A stretch of DNA of 64,000 bases from Porphyridium purpureum (Eukaryota). The stretch is taken from NCBI GenBank assembly GCA_008690995.1, contig VRMN01000005.1, positions 124,001 to 188,000 on the forward strand, written 5' to 3'. The notes under the pieces are model-generated. The model had not been told where the DNA came from. It ran no database searches and saw only the letters and a list, made by a program, of their open reading frames with translations. Position numbers and translations under genes: made by a program. Shown here in pieces: positions 1 through 9,784 of this stretch. Each line of letters opens with the position of its first letter. Position 1 is the stretch's first letter.

Positions 1-557
1 TTCTCAGCCGTGCCGGGAGCGTGTTATCGACACGACAGTACGTTATCATCGTGCAAGTTGTGTTCGCCACTTTCTGCTTGACCCTTTTCGCGGCTGCAAT
101 CATGTTGCAGGCCGACCCGGTGGCAGTGCTTCAGACAAGTCAACATGACAATGGCTTCACGGTGACAATGATGCTAGTGATTGTGGCGGGTGCTGTGGTT
201 CCGTTCAACCTGCTGCTCTACTTCCGCGCTGTACTGAGCGCAGCGTCTGCGCAAGAACGCTTGTCGTATGGTATCCAGGTGGCGGCATTTTTGACGCTTG
301 TGTTTGTCTGGCGCAACCTCTTTTGGATCCCGCTCATGAAGCCATCGCTTGTGTACGTGCCGCCGCATCCGACGTTTTACGCGGGCTTTGCATGTATATT
401 TTTGACGATGATGTTTCTCACCGTCAAAGCCAAGGCAGTGTCTGCCAATGAAAGCGTAGCCACGGACGTGGATAACATCATCAGCGGAATCGAAAACAGC
501 GTGCGCGACCTCCAGTCAGGTTCAAGTGGCAATACGTGGAGCAAACGAGAAAACTAA
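1..557 (+). CDS. Uncharacterised multi-pass membrane protein, probably 5'-truncated by the window edge
   Basis: The frame is open from position 3 to TAA at 555-557. It has about four hydrophobic segments (e.g. YVIIVQVVFATFCLTLFAAAIML, VTMMLVIVAGAVVPFNLLLYF). No family recognised. Confidence 0.6.
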   Translation, partial: LSRAGSVLSTRQYVIIVQVVFATFCLTLFAAAIMLQADPVAVLQTSQHDNGFTVTMMLVIVAGAVVPFNLLLYFRAVLSAASAQERLSYGIQVAAFLTLVFVWRNLFWIPLMKPSLVYVPPHPTFYAGFACIFLTMMFLTVKAKAVSANESVATDVDNIISGIENSVRDLQSGSSGNTWSKREN

Positions 558-658
558 ACTTCTCGTATTCCTTCTCGCATGCCTTGATTGTGACTGTTCC
601 CATTCCCGTTCCCGTTCCCGCCCCGTTTTGCAAAATTTTGTTCTGAAAGACCCTTCAC

Positions 659-1456
659 CTAATGCTTCGCACTCAGCTTCTCCGGCATCCGATCACGTCG
701 TGCTAGCCAGTTGAAATCGAGCTGAAGCATTGCCGCCTGGATGGACGGGAAAAACTCTGTGTACTCGTGCAACTGCTCTCTTTGGATTCCAAAGCACTGC
801 GTGCGCGCGAGCAGAACAGATACCTCATGATATTCTATCGAGCTATCCTCAGGCATGAACAGCAGCGCAACGCCGTAAACATATGCAAGACCCAAGATAT
901 GCGTAAGCACTACGTGCGGGGTGCTCTCAAAACGGATGACCACAACCGCCATCTCTTTCCGCTCACAGGCGCGAACGACTTCATTGAGACCAAATACAAA
1001 CCCGTGCGGCTTCATCTTGGTAAGCTTCCTTCGCTCGACCCTTTTTGTCCTTCGGCGAGCTGATTGGCTCGACGAGCAGGCGTCTCTTTTCCCAGCTCGC
1101 TCACGTTCGCTCGTCTCTCGCCCTGTTTCGTGTTCACATGACCCTGCGTCTGCACCCTGCTCACCAAGCTCAAGTCGCGGCCGCTTCGCTGGGCCTGGCA
1201 CACCATCTTCGACTATCTCCAGACCGCTCTCAGCATCTAGCTGGGCAGCTTGTGCTACTCTCGCGCTTTGCCTGCACAGCTGAACAACAAGCCGCAAAAA
1301 CTCGGCCGCAGCATTGCGCTGAGCTGCATCTGGCTGGTCGACTGGGACTTTCACAGCATACGTGGACGATACCACAGACTTGACATTCAGACGCGGAGGA
1401 CGCGACGACGTGCGAGGAGCTCCGGCACCACCCGCGCGTCCTGTGGGTGTCTGCAT
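659..1456 (-). CDS. RPP38: L7Ae-domain protein, RNase P/MRP subunit RPP38/POP3-like
   Basis: C-terminal FVFGLNEVVRACERKEMAVVVI...PHVVLTHILGLAYVYGV resembles the RPP38 L7Ae motif (GxNEVxRxxER...PxxxTHxxxL). First ATG is at 1456; the ORF is open to 1657, so the start is uncertain. Confidence 0.65.
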   Translation of the reverse strand: MQTPTGRAGGAGAPRTSSRPPRLNVKSVVSSTYAVKVPVDQPDAAQRNAAAEFLRLVVQLCRQSARVAQAAQLDAESGLEIVEDGVPGPAKRPRLELGEQGADAGSCEHETGRETSERERAGKRDACSSSQSARRRTKRVERRKLTKMKPHGFVFGLNEVVRACERKEMAVVVIRFESTPHVVLTHILGLAYVYGVALLFMPEDSSIEYHEVSVLLARTQCFGIQREQLHEYTEFFPSIQAAMLQLDFNWLARRDRMPEKLSAKH

Positions 1457-1942
1457 CAATCTTCCGCACCACCACTGATCAGTCAGCACAGGCGTGGCGT
1501 CACGTCGAAACGTTGATGTCTCGCTAATTCGAACACGCCGCGCGTTGTTTGAAACGCCTTCAGGCTCACGGTCAGCCCGAAAGGAAGCGTCTTTTCTCTC
1601 TGGACTTCGCAAGGTGGATTGCACGCGACCGAGTAGTTCTTCCACACACGTCTTTCCTCAAGACCCGTTGCTTCCTCGTTCCCGCTTCCGCCGACGCGAA
1701 GGGTTAACAGCTGCGCGTGTGGCATCAGGGGTCTGGACACGATCCAGGACATTGGCACAGAAGCTGTCGACTGAGGGGAGGGACTGAGCGTCTCTCTCTT
1801 GCGTTCGCGGTGTATCTGCGCGTGTGATCGAGCGAACAGTCAAGCTGGATGCCTGAGGCTGTACTTCCGTGTGGGGCTTCATGGCAGAAGGTGAACGGGC
1901 GCGCAAGTGCGGCGTGGCCTGCTGAAAGCAGTGCTAGTCAAC

Positions 1943-4900
1943 ATGGTCTCAACAGAGGAGGAAGAGGAAATTTCGGAGAGCTCGTTGTCGTACAGGAGCG
2001 AGTTTCATCGCACCCAGGCGCCGGGCTTTAGCTTGGATGAGTGCGTCCTGCCGGGCGACGCGCTGTATCCGGAATGCGATGTGGTGAATGACGATGAGGA
2101 AATTCAGGGCGGCGAGCAGCGGGCGGCGGCACGTGCGAGCGGCACTTGTTGCCATTTGTGTTGGTGTTTTATTCACGGCGCGACGGGGAGTCTGAGGAGG
2201 CACATGGAGCTTACGCACCGCATCGCCAAGAATGTGTGTCCATTCTGCAACGAGATCAACGGGAGAGGGAGACCGGCGAATATTCCAAAGAACTGGCGTC
2301 TTAAGGAACTGCTCGAGCACTTGCAACAGAATCACCCCAATGAACGCCCAAGCGACGCGCAATGGAACGCGTCGGTTGCGATTGCGAGCACAATTGACGG
2401 CCGAGATCTCAACAACGAACAGATCATTGGTCTCCTATCGGTCGCAGACGTTTACAGGATGAAGGCAAGCAGACAAGAGGACGAGCAACACTCTCGCATG
2501 GCCCAGGAGATCCACGCAGAAAGAGCGGCTTTAGATGGCGTCGCGCTCGTGTTCAATCAGTACGATGACGCAGACGCCCCGGGACAGGATGAACATGACG
2601 GCGTGTTCGGCATCGACTCACACCTCGCAGATGCTTTCAAAGTGGGCGCGAGCGAAGACACGGAGCCAGACGCACTGGACGACGATCGTGGGACAGTCGC
2701 AGGGCCTTTAGCGTCCGACGTCGTTCCCGTGCAGGAAGAGCTTGACGGCGAGGACAGTTCGGAGCGTAGTAGCAATTCAGAATCACATTCGGCGCGCGCT
2801 CAAACCATGGCAGCTGGTGTGGGTCCAACGAGGCCTGCTGCTACGCAAACAAGAGGAGGTCGCAAACCGCGTAGGAAGGACGAGTCGTCGAGCGAGGCAC
2901 CCACGACCGACTCCGACGATGTTCCGCACCGACGAGTGGGTCGCGCGAAGAAGAGCGCATCTGTGGTGCGTGGAGGGGTTTCCTCGGGGCCGCGCGCATC
3001 GGCGCGAGTTACTTCGAAAGCTCCGTCGCGGCATGTGGCTGCGGCGGGACCGAGCCGGACTCAACAGCGCCTGGCCAAGGCTTACAATGATGTCACAGCA
3101 CATGTAGACCGTAGGCTTGGATCGCGACTTCAGCGCCCGGCGAACTGCAGGAGGGTGTCGGACGCTCGGCCCCGTCACTCGTCGAGGACAAGAGCAGATA
3201 GTCCCGATCGACCCGTGAACCGTTTCTCGGATAGCGATGAGGAAGAGTCTCGAGAAATGGACGCCGTAGACGACTTTCCGATACCAAAATGGGGAGACCC
3301 TGCGAGCTACAATGGTCTGTATACGGGGCTTGAACGTAGTAGGCGCGTCGAAACGCCACAGGAAGATCATGAGAGGCAAGCACCAGCTGAGTCTGGGCCC
3401 GAAATGGATACGACAGATCATTTCGACACGGCTGGACGCCATGTTACGCTCGTGCGTGGCCCAAACCAGCCCCTTGATGCAGACAGTAACCAATTGCAGG
3501 AGCATGCAGCTGGCGGATCGCGCATCGCTGACCCGCTGATGGTTCGGGAGGACGCCGCTGAGAGCTGCACAAGTTTGAACTGCCCTGTATGCGGCGGCGG
3601 CGTCAAGACAAGGAACTTCCTTGCGCACATGGGGACCCACAATCTCTCGCTGCACCTCATGCGACCGTATGTTGACCTGTTGGCGCCACGCCAGTGCCAG
3701 ACTGTGCCGTCAGTACTGTCGCATTGGAGGGGCGGAAGTATGCGTTGCCCACTATGTTCCGAATGCTGCCCACGAGGTTCTCTTTTTGATCATCTGGGAG
3801 ATCGGCATGCCATGCAGGCATGTGGTCTCTCGGTATTCGGGGAAAGACTCTACGACGCGATCACTGACTTGTCTGGCAGCGCCCGAGAAGATATGATGGA
3901 CAGCGTGAGGCGCGAGCGTCCAAGGGCAGTGGCAGAGACACCTGTGCATTGTAGGACGGAGACGCTCGCAGCTTTCGGAGCTGCAGGAGTCTCCACGCCG
4001 TCAGACCCTGCTTCTCTACGCACTACCAGACCGCACTCTCTGCCGACGCCACCACCACCAGCGGGTGGCCCTTCGCGAACTCACGAACGTCCAAGTTGGC
4101 GCGTGTATTCGCCGAGCGCGGTAGAGCAAAGACAGCGGAATGAGTCGGCGCACGCGCACAGACACCGTACCGGAACCTCTCAACGTGGTGGACGCACTGG
4201 CATGACTCGTGAGCAGCGGCAATGTGCAGAGATCCGAGAAGCGCACGCGAGGCGCTTGCGAAACCGCCAGCAGGAGCTGAGGAATCGACCACCTGGTTCC
4301 GGGTTTCTTGTTTATGGCCAGCGGCCGCCCGAGGCAGTGGCGGAGGAAAGGCGAAGACATGAGGTCGAAGCAGCGAATCGCGCATATCCAGCCACTTTTG
4401 GGCCTCGGACAGGGGGAGAGGATTCCGGCCAGTACGCGCGTGGTCTTCAATCTTTCTATGCTCACCGCCACGAGTACGACCTGCCGTCGACAGGCATGTA
4501 CGCTTCTGCACGTGCTGCTCAGCCTCCGAGATTTGGATCGATGCCGGAGAGCCGGCACACAAGCCTGTACAATGATCGTGGGCGGCTGGGGGAAGCTGAA
4601 GCAGGCGCACGTGAGAGGTGCGTTGACGTTCCGAGTCGTGATTATCGTGGTCGTGCTCGCGGATCGCATTCCAATCATGCTTATCGCAGCGGCGGCGCCA
4701 ACATCGAGGACCGGGGACCTAGCGTTGATGTGTATTGTGACGGCGCTGAAGATTTCCATGCGCCTGCGGCAAGAGCTCACAGCGGGCAGCAAGGCGGCCC
4801 GCTTCCACGACATGCTCCGTGGGCACAAAACGCCGGGACTGGACACGTACCGCAAGGACACCGGCACAGACCAGGGTTGCATTCCCGAGGAAGCTCTGTC

Positions 4901-5236
4901 CGGGATGCGCAACAGCACCATTCTATGCGAGTGCAGATGCGTGGTCGGCCGCCGCTGTCATTGGGCGAGTTGCCACCGGAGAGATTTGTTCTGTTCGATT
5001 CGGATCCCGAGGCGGAGCTATCCGAATTTTTGGACAGATCGGTTGTGGTGCGTGCTCAGCCGCAGAAATTGGGCGCCGCCATTGCTGTCGGTGCTGACCG
5101 TGATGACACGATCCCTTCTGTTTTGGCACCGCTATGGTTACTGAGGACATACACGCGGATTATGAGACGCCGGATACTCACGCGTTCCGAACTGGTGCTT
5201 CACTACCACGGGGGCAGGAACAGGAAATGGATGTGA
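1943..5236 (+). CDS. Large low-complexity protein with four C2H2-like zinc fingers
   Basis: About 1097 aa from ATG 1943. Finger-like motifs: CHLC..RRHMELTH, CPFC..LEHLQQNH, CPVC..LAHMGTH, CPLC..FDHLGDRH. Confidence 0.7.
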   Translation: MVSTEEEEEISESSLSYRSEFHRTQAPGFSLDECVLPGDALYPECDVVNDDEEIQGGEQRAAARASGTCCHLCWCFIHGATGSLRRHMELTHRIAKNVCPFCNEINGRGRPANIPKNWRLKELLEHLQQNHPNERPSDAQWNASVAIASTIDGRDLNNEQIIGLLSVADVYRMKASRQEDEQHSRMAQEIHAERAALDGVALVFNQYDDADAPGQDEHDGVFGIDSHLADAFKVGASEDTEPDALDDDRGTVAGPLASDVVPVQEELDGEDSSERSSNSESHSARAQTMAAGVGPTRPAATQTRGGRKPRRKDESSSEAPTTDSDDVPHRRVGRAKKSASVVRGGVSSGPRASARVTSKAPSRHVAAAGPSRTQQRLAKAYNDVTAHVDRRLGSRLQRPANCRRVSDARPRHSSRTRADSPDRPVNRFSDSDEEESREMDAVDDFPIPKWGDPASYNGLYTGLERSRRVETPQEDHERQAPAESGPEMDTTDHFDTAGRHVTLVRGPNQPLDADSNQLQEHAAGGSRIADPLMVREDAAESCTSLNCPVCGGGVKTRNFLAHMGTHNLSLHLMRPYVDLLAPRQCQTVPSVLSHWRGGSMRCPLCSECCPRGSLFDHLGDRHAMQACGLSVFGERLYDAITDLSGSAREDMMDSVRRERPRAVAETPVHCRTETLAAFGAAGVSTPSDPASLRTTRPHSLPTPPPPAGGPSRTHERPSWRVYSPSAVEQRQRNESAHAHRHRTGTSQRGGRTGMTREQRQCAEIREAHARRLRNRQQELRNRPPGSGFLVYGQRPPEAVAEERRRHEVEAANRAYPATFGPRTGGEDSGQYARGLQSFYAHRHEYDLPSTGMYASARAAQPPRFGSMPESRHTSLYNDRGRLGEAEAGARERCVDVPSRDYRGRARGSHSNHAYRSGGANIEDRGPSVDVYCDGAEDFHAPAARAHSGQQGGPLPRHAPWAQNAGTGHVPQGHRHRPGLHSRGSSVRDAQQHHSMRVQMRGRPPLSLGELPPERFVLFDSDPEAELSEFLDRSVVVRAQPQKLGAAIAVGADRDDTIPSVLAPLWLLRTYTRIMRRRILTRSELVLHYHGGRNRKWM

Positions 5237-5889
5237 GCTCGAGCTCCTCAGGAGAAGAATCAGAAACCTGTGCCGTAATAGATGGTGACACGCCGCGCAC
5301 CGTGGAAAGGCATAGAAAGCATGCAGATGGGCACAAGCGACGTCGCGTTGCGTCCGATGCGGCTGCATCGTCAGCGTCCAATGACGCTGCTGTCGGTGCG
5401 TCGGTCTCTGTATCCAGAGCTGTGACCAACATCTCGGTGCCGGCGTCAGCTCAGCCGCAATTCTTCCCGCGCGGCATCTCAGCTGTACCGCCCGAACGGC
5501 AGAATGTGAATCCTTTTCACGTGGAGATGCACACAGCAGCTGGAACGGGATCCGGCACCGGGTCTCCAGGTTTTGCTGACGGTACCCTCTGTACTGGAGC
5601 GGTTCGTGCTGCGTCCGCGCGACCTCGAGACATCAAGGAAGAGGCGTGTAGGGGTACAGACGAGGCCCGTGATAATTTGAAAGAGGCGTCGTTGTTTGCC
5701 AGGGTTGCCAAGGAAGAGACCGGAGTGGCTGTGCCGTGTCTTGTTGCAGTTGACCATGGTGTCGGTGCATCGATTGAGTACGCAGACGAGGACGGATTCA
5801 ATACTGCTGCTTTGGTACCATCTCCCATTACCCAACAGAATATTGGAAATCGGCCCAGAGAGTCTCGTGATTCCGAATATGGCATGTAA
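5134..5889 (+). CDS. Hypothetical acidic/Ser-Ala-rich ORF overlapping the 3' end of the zinc-finger ORF; possibly its frameshifted continuation
   Basis: 251-aa ORF in the -1 frame relative to 1943..5236, with composition similar to the upstream protein. No domain recognised. Confidence 0.4.
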   Translation: MVTEDIHADYETPDTHAFRTGASLPRGQEQEMDVSSSSSGEESETCAVIDGDTPRTVERHRKHADGHKRRRVASDAAASSASNDAAVGASVSVSRAVTNISVPASAQPQFFPRGISAVPPERQNVNPFHVEMHTAAGTGSGTGSPGFADGTLCTGAVRAASARPRDIKEEACRGTDEARDNLKEASLFARVAKEETGVAVPCLVAVDHGVGASIEYADEDGFNTAALVPSPITQQNIGNRPRESRDSEYGM

Positions 5890-6229
5890 TCGGAATCGTC
5901 ATCGCCTGCGACGGCTGTGTCGCTGGTGACATGTGTTGGATAGGTGCCACGAAGAGCTATACGTGCGTCTCCTGACGTCACCTTCTGCCACGAACCGGCT
6001 GCCTGGTCAAGTCCCTTTGCTGGTGAGGAACTTGATATTGAGTAGTTTGAATTATGCTTGTGGAGATATGATAGTCTCGTGCATGAACCAAGATGCATCT
6101 ACTAGGCTAATTGTGTTAAAGATGTTTCAGCCCTGCTGAAAGAATGTGCTGGACAGAGATGCCCGCGCCCGTCGCCCAGTTTGATACCTCGACTAATTTA
6201 CCCGCGGAAATGTTCCTTTAACCTCTGTG

Positions 6230-7378
6230 CTACTGGAGCAATTTCACGGAGCGATCTGAAAGCAGGAACTTCATGGTTGTCTGGATGAGGTCGACGCGAC
6301 CTACCTGAAAAAGCTCATCGCCTGCGGTGAGGTCAAGCATCTGCTTAACAAATGTGTTGACCGCTTCGTTGCGATACTTGCTGACCGGCTTGCCATCTTC
6401 CTTGATGAATTGCGGGCTCCCGCCGCCCTCTGGCATGTTGGACCGGTATACAACAAACTTGCGTGTATCAAATACGGCCTTACTACTGCAGCCAAACTCG
6501 TACCGAAAGTGGCGGAGCACGCTGCACGCAATGTCACGATGAACCCATGAGCATGTGTTTCGATTCAGGTAATCTGGATACACATCACAAAAGTAGTCGC
6601 AAACCGAGCCGATGCCTGCCGGGCTTGCTGCAATGTTGGTGACCCAGTACTGCATCCGCCACAGGTTCACCATAGGCAGCACGAGGCACTTTGTAAAAAT
6701 GGGACTTTGGATGCGGCGCCCGCGGTGGCTCAGAGCAATCATGGTAAGTCCTAGGTGCAAGATAATATCGCCGCGGTGCGGCAAGTACACCATGCATGTG
6801 AAGCCTACAGGTTTGTCGCCGTCATATGCAACAGATACGATCCGGTTCGCAAACACGGCACGCGGATCACCATTAAACAGACGGTGTGCGGGCACCTGGT
6901 CCATTGAAGCCTTGGCGACTGTCAACAACGCAGCGGCCAATTTTTGCAACTCGCCGTCGTCCATCCAACGACCCGGCTGGTCGTAGGTATGGCACATAAT
7001 GCTTGCATGGCCTTTGGAGTAGAACGGAGAGCTCCACTGCAGTACCATCGGTGTGCGGATCCACTTTTGAAGCCGATCGTTAAACGCCTGTTCGTTCGCG
7101 GCGGAACGCAGCCTGACGGAAACACCAGCCAACCCACACACGATCCTCATGCAACCTAAGGCCAGCTCGTTCACTTTTCGGACGAGCAGACAGTCAGGCA
7201 GTCGCAACCACAGAACGAGTAAGACCGGGCTAGACAGGACGAAGAACATCGCAGCCAGTAGGTACCGCAGTCCCTCGCGCGTTCGGCTCCACACTGTCGC
7301 CTGTGCTGCCTTCTTCGAGGAAGCACTCTGTCGCGCCGTGACGTCTTGCGCCGCCAACGTTTGAATTGCAGTCGCCAT
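6230..7378 (-). CDS. Membrane-anchored GNAT-fold (acyltransferase-like) protein of bacterial-type family
   Basis: IVSVAYDGDKPVGFTCM..ILHLGLTMIALSHRGRRIQS fits GNAT motif A (acyl-CoA binding). N-terminal hydrophobic helix LLAAMFFVLSSPVLLVLWL. First ATG at 7378. Confidence 0.65.
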   Translation of the reverse strand: MATAIQTLAAQDVTARQSASSKKAAQATVWSRTREGLRYLLAAMFFVLSSPVLLVLWLRLPDCLLVRKVNELALGCMRIVCGLAGVSVRLRSAANEQAFNDRLQKWIRTPMVLQWSSPFYSKGHASIMCHTYDQPGRWMDDGELQKLAAALLTVAKASMDQVPAHRLFNGDPRAVFANRIVSVAYDGDKPVGFTCMVYLPHRGDIILHLGLTMIALSHRGRRIQSPIFTKCLVLPMVNLWRMQYWVTNIAASPAGIGSVCDYFCDVYPDYLNRNTCSWVHRDIACSVLRHFRYEFGCSSKAVFDTRKFVVYRSNMPEGGGSPQFIKEDGKPVSKYRNEAVNTFVKQMLDLTAGDELFQVGRVDLIQTTMKFLLSDRSVKLLQ

Positions 7379-7921
7379 GGTGGCTAATCCTTTCTGTTGT
7401 CTGTGAAGTACGAGCCTGGTGCCTTGTTTATGAGCCCGTGAGAACTTTCCTTGTCTTGTTTTTCGCAAGCGCGACCCCACACGCGGCGAGGCCAACCTTT
7501 CCACTTCGCGAAAGGAGAGCCTGTCCAATTTAATACCCTTCTCGTGCGCACCAGCAATTGCCACTTGTTCATCCACCTGCGCCGGTCATAAGACAGTGAC
7601 TATCGCAAACGATACAACCAATTAAGACCAAGTATCACAGCAGGGTCTTCTGGCATGACTGAGGTCACCACAGATGATGTCGCTCACTAGACCCCATGCA
7701 CGGTCTTACACACAGATCCCGCGCGCCGCGCTAGTTCCCTCTGCGACATGAATGCACAAACAAGCGCGACCTATGCTGCGCATTGTCAAACTTCTGTGCA
7801 CGCGGTCGAATCAACGCAGATTCATCCATCCATCTAGCTGCACATCGAACCAAATGCGCATCGCCCATTCTCCCAGTTGTCGAGAAAAGTTCGATTCGAT
7901 TTCTCCCGCGCTCCACAAACG

Positions 7922-8020
7922 AACCGGTTCATCCGGTTTATCCGGTTTATCCGGTTTATCCGGTTTATCCGGTTTATCCGGTTTATCCGGTTTATCCGGT
8001 TTATCCGGTTGATTCGGTTC
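7922..8020. repeat. 9-bp minisatellite (ATCCGGTTT)x8 with degenerate flanking copies
   Basis: Eight perfect units at 7931-8002, flanked by AACCGGTTC, ATCCGGTTG and ATTCGGTTC. Confidence 0.95.
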
Positions 8021-8181
8021 GTCTGGGGAGAAACCGATTGGTTGAGTATATCCGAGTGTACCTGTAAATGGTGTTGAGGTACAGTTATTCGTCGCGGGTT
8101 GGCGAGTGTCGCGGGCGCTTGGACGGCACACACGAGCAGGAGTGTGGCGATGTGTTTGACGTTTGGGTGAGGCCAGGCGGG

Positions 8182-9714
8182 ATGGAGTGGACCGAAAGGG
8201 TGCGCGCCGGCGTGCATGTGGTGCAGCTGGGGCTCTTTGTGCTGTACGTGAGCGTGCTGCTGGGTTTCGGGCTGTTGGTGCTTCGCGCGATGCGAGCGCG
8301 TCAACGGCGCGATCGCGAATGGTTGCGCCGCACGCGGCCATCGAAGGACGATGCAAGCTGTGCTGCATCGGGCAATGCTGCACGAGATGCAAAGGATGCC
8401 TTTGTCGTCTCATTTCTGCACCCTCATGCTCTGGCCGGGGGTGGCGGCGAGCGTGTGCTCTGGCTCGCGATCAAGGCCCTGCGCGGACGCTTCCCAGATG
8501 CGACCGACCTCAAAATCCGCGTGTTCACCAAAGGCGCTCCAAGAAAGGCAGACGTACTGGAAAAAGTGTTTGTTCAGTTTGGAATCGACATCTTCACCAC
8601 CCAGTTTGAACTTCGCGAGCTGTGGTCAGAGTCGCTGCTGGACGGTGCGCGGTATCCATTCTGTACATTGCTGCTCCAGTTTCTGGCCGGTGCTATCGCG
8701 GGCGTCGAATGTACACTCCTACACGTAGCGACAGACCTTTTTATCGATACAACAGGTCATGCGGCTAGTCTGGCCGTGGCAAAGTGGCTTGGGGGCTGTC
8801 ACGTAGCAACATATGTGCACTATCCGACAATCTCAACAGACATGGTACACGTGGTTCGCTCACGCACGTCACAATTCAATAACTCGAGCCGTATCGCAGA
8901 CTCGCTCTTTTTATCTGGCGCCAAACTCGCTTATTATCGACTCTTCTCGCATATGTATGGTCTTGCTGGAGGCTGCGCTGACGTCGTGATGGTCAATTCA
9001 AGTTGGACACGTTCGCACATATCCAGTCTCTGGAGCGGAAGTCGGCGCAAAATTTCGCTCGTGTTTCCGCCCATTGACACAAAACCACTCCTCGCATTTG
9101 GAATGGACAAGCGAGATCCTGCACTAATTGTGTCAGTCGCGCAGTTTCGTCCTGAGAAAAACCACGCCCTGCAAATTGAGGCGTTTGTCAAACTGCTTCA
9201 CAAGCAGTCACGCGACCCGCGAAGTGATACGCTGCGCCCTCGGCTTGTGATGATAGGCGGATGTCGAAATGCGGACGATGCTGCGCGCGTTGAGCTTCTA
9301 CTATACGAGATCCAAAACACATACCATTTACGGGTGCCAGACCAAGTCGAACTGCTCGTGAACGTGACTCGTGACCAGCTGCACGCATACCTGGCCAAAG
9401 CGTCTGCAGCAATTCATACCATGAAGGACGAGCACTTTGGGATCAGTGTTGTCGAGTTCCAGGCGGCCGGTGTGATCGCGGTCGCGCACAACTCGGGAGG
9501 CGTTGCTCTGGACATAATTCAAAATGGCAAATCTGGATTTCTCGCCGAGACGGCCGACCAATTTGCTGATTGCTTGTCCAGCGCGCTCAGCTTAAATTCT
9601 AGCTCCAGGCTGGCGATGATTCAAACAGCTCGCGACGCGGCCTCGCGGTACTCCGATGAGGGCTTTGCCACGGAGGTTCTAAAGGCGCTGCAGCGCGTGC
9701 TACCCGTAGATTGA
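8182..9714 (+). CDS. ALG11: GDP-Man:Man3GlcNAc2-PP-dolichol alpha-1,2-mannosyltransferase
   Basis: Motifs HPHALAGGGGERVLW, YVHYPTISTDM, VNSSWT, QFRPEKNH, EHFGISVVE and an N-terminal TM helix. ATG 8182 chosen; the ORF is open from 8068. Confidence 0.95.
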   Translation: MEWTERVRAGVHVVQLGLFVLYVSVLLGFGLLVLRAMRARQRRDREWLRRTRPSKDDASCAASGNAARDAKDAFVVSFLHPHALAGGGGERVLWLAIKALRGRFPDATDLKIRVFTKGAPRKADVLEKVFVQFGIDIFTTQFELRELWSESLLDGARYPFCTLLLQFLAGAIAGVECTLLHVATDLFIDTTGHAASLAVAKWLGGCHVATYVHYPTISTDMVHVVRSRTSQFNNSSRIADSLFLSGAKLAYYRLFSHMYGLAGGCADVVMVNSSWTRSHISSLWSGSRRKISLVFPPIDTKPLLAFGMDKRDPALIVSVAQFRPEKNHALQIEAFVKLLHKQSRDPRSDTLRPRLVMIGGCRNADDAARVELLLYEIQNTYHLRVPDQVELLVNVTRDQLHAYLAKASAAIHTMKDEHFGISVVEFQAAGVIAVAHNSGGVALDIIQNGKSGFLAETADQFADCLSSALSLNSSSRLAMIQTARDAASRYSDEGFATEVLKALQRVLPVD

Positions 9715-9784
9715 AACATGTACAAACACTCGCCTTGTGTGTTTTTAGATCCCTATGTAAAGACGAAACTAACTCCGCACATAA

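Noticed and set aside
659..1456. SECIS-binding protein 2 with selenocysteine readthrough
   Set aside because: The L7Ae motif fits RPP38 better (GxNEVxRxxER, PxxxTH), and no SECIS element was recognised.
7922..8020. CRISPR-like array
   Set aside because: The units are directly abutting 9-mers with no spacers, and there are no cas genes.
7752..8413. ORFs with SGL, PVY, FIR, PDK and RIN repeats
   Set aside because: These are just the translations of the stop-free 9-bp minisatellite, with no other coding signal.
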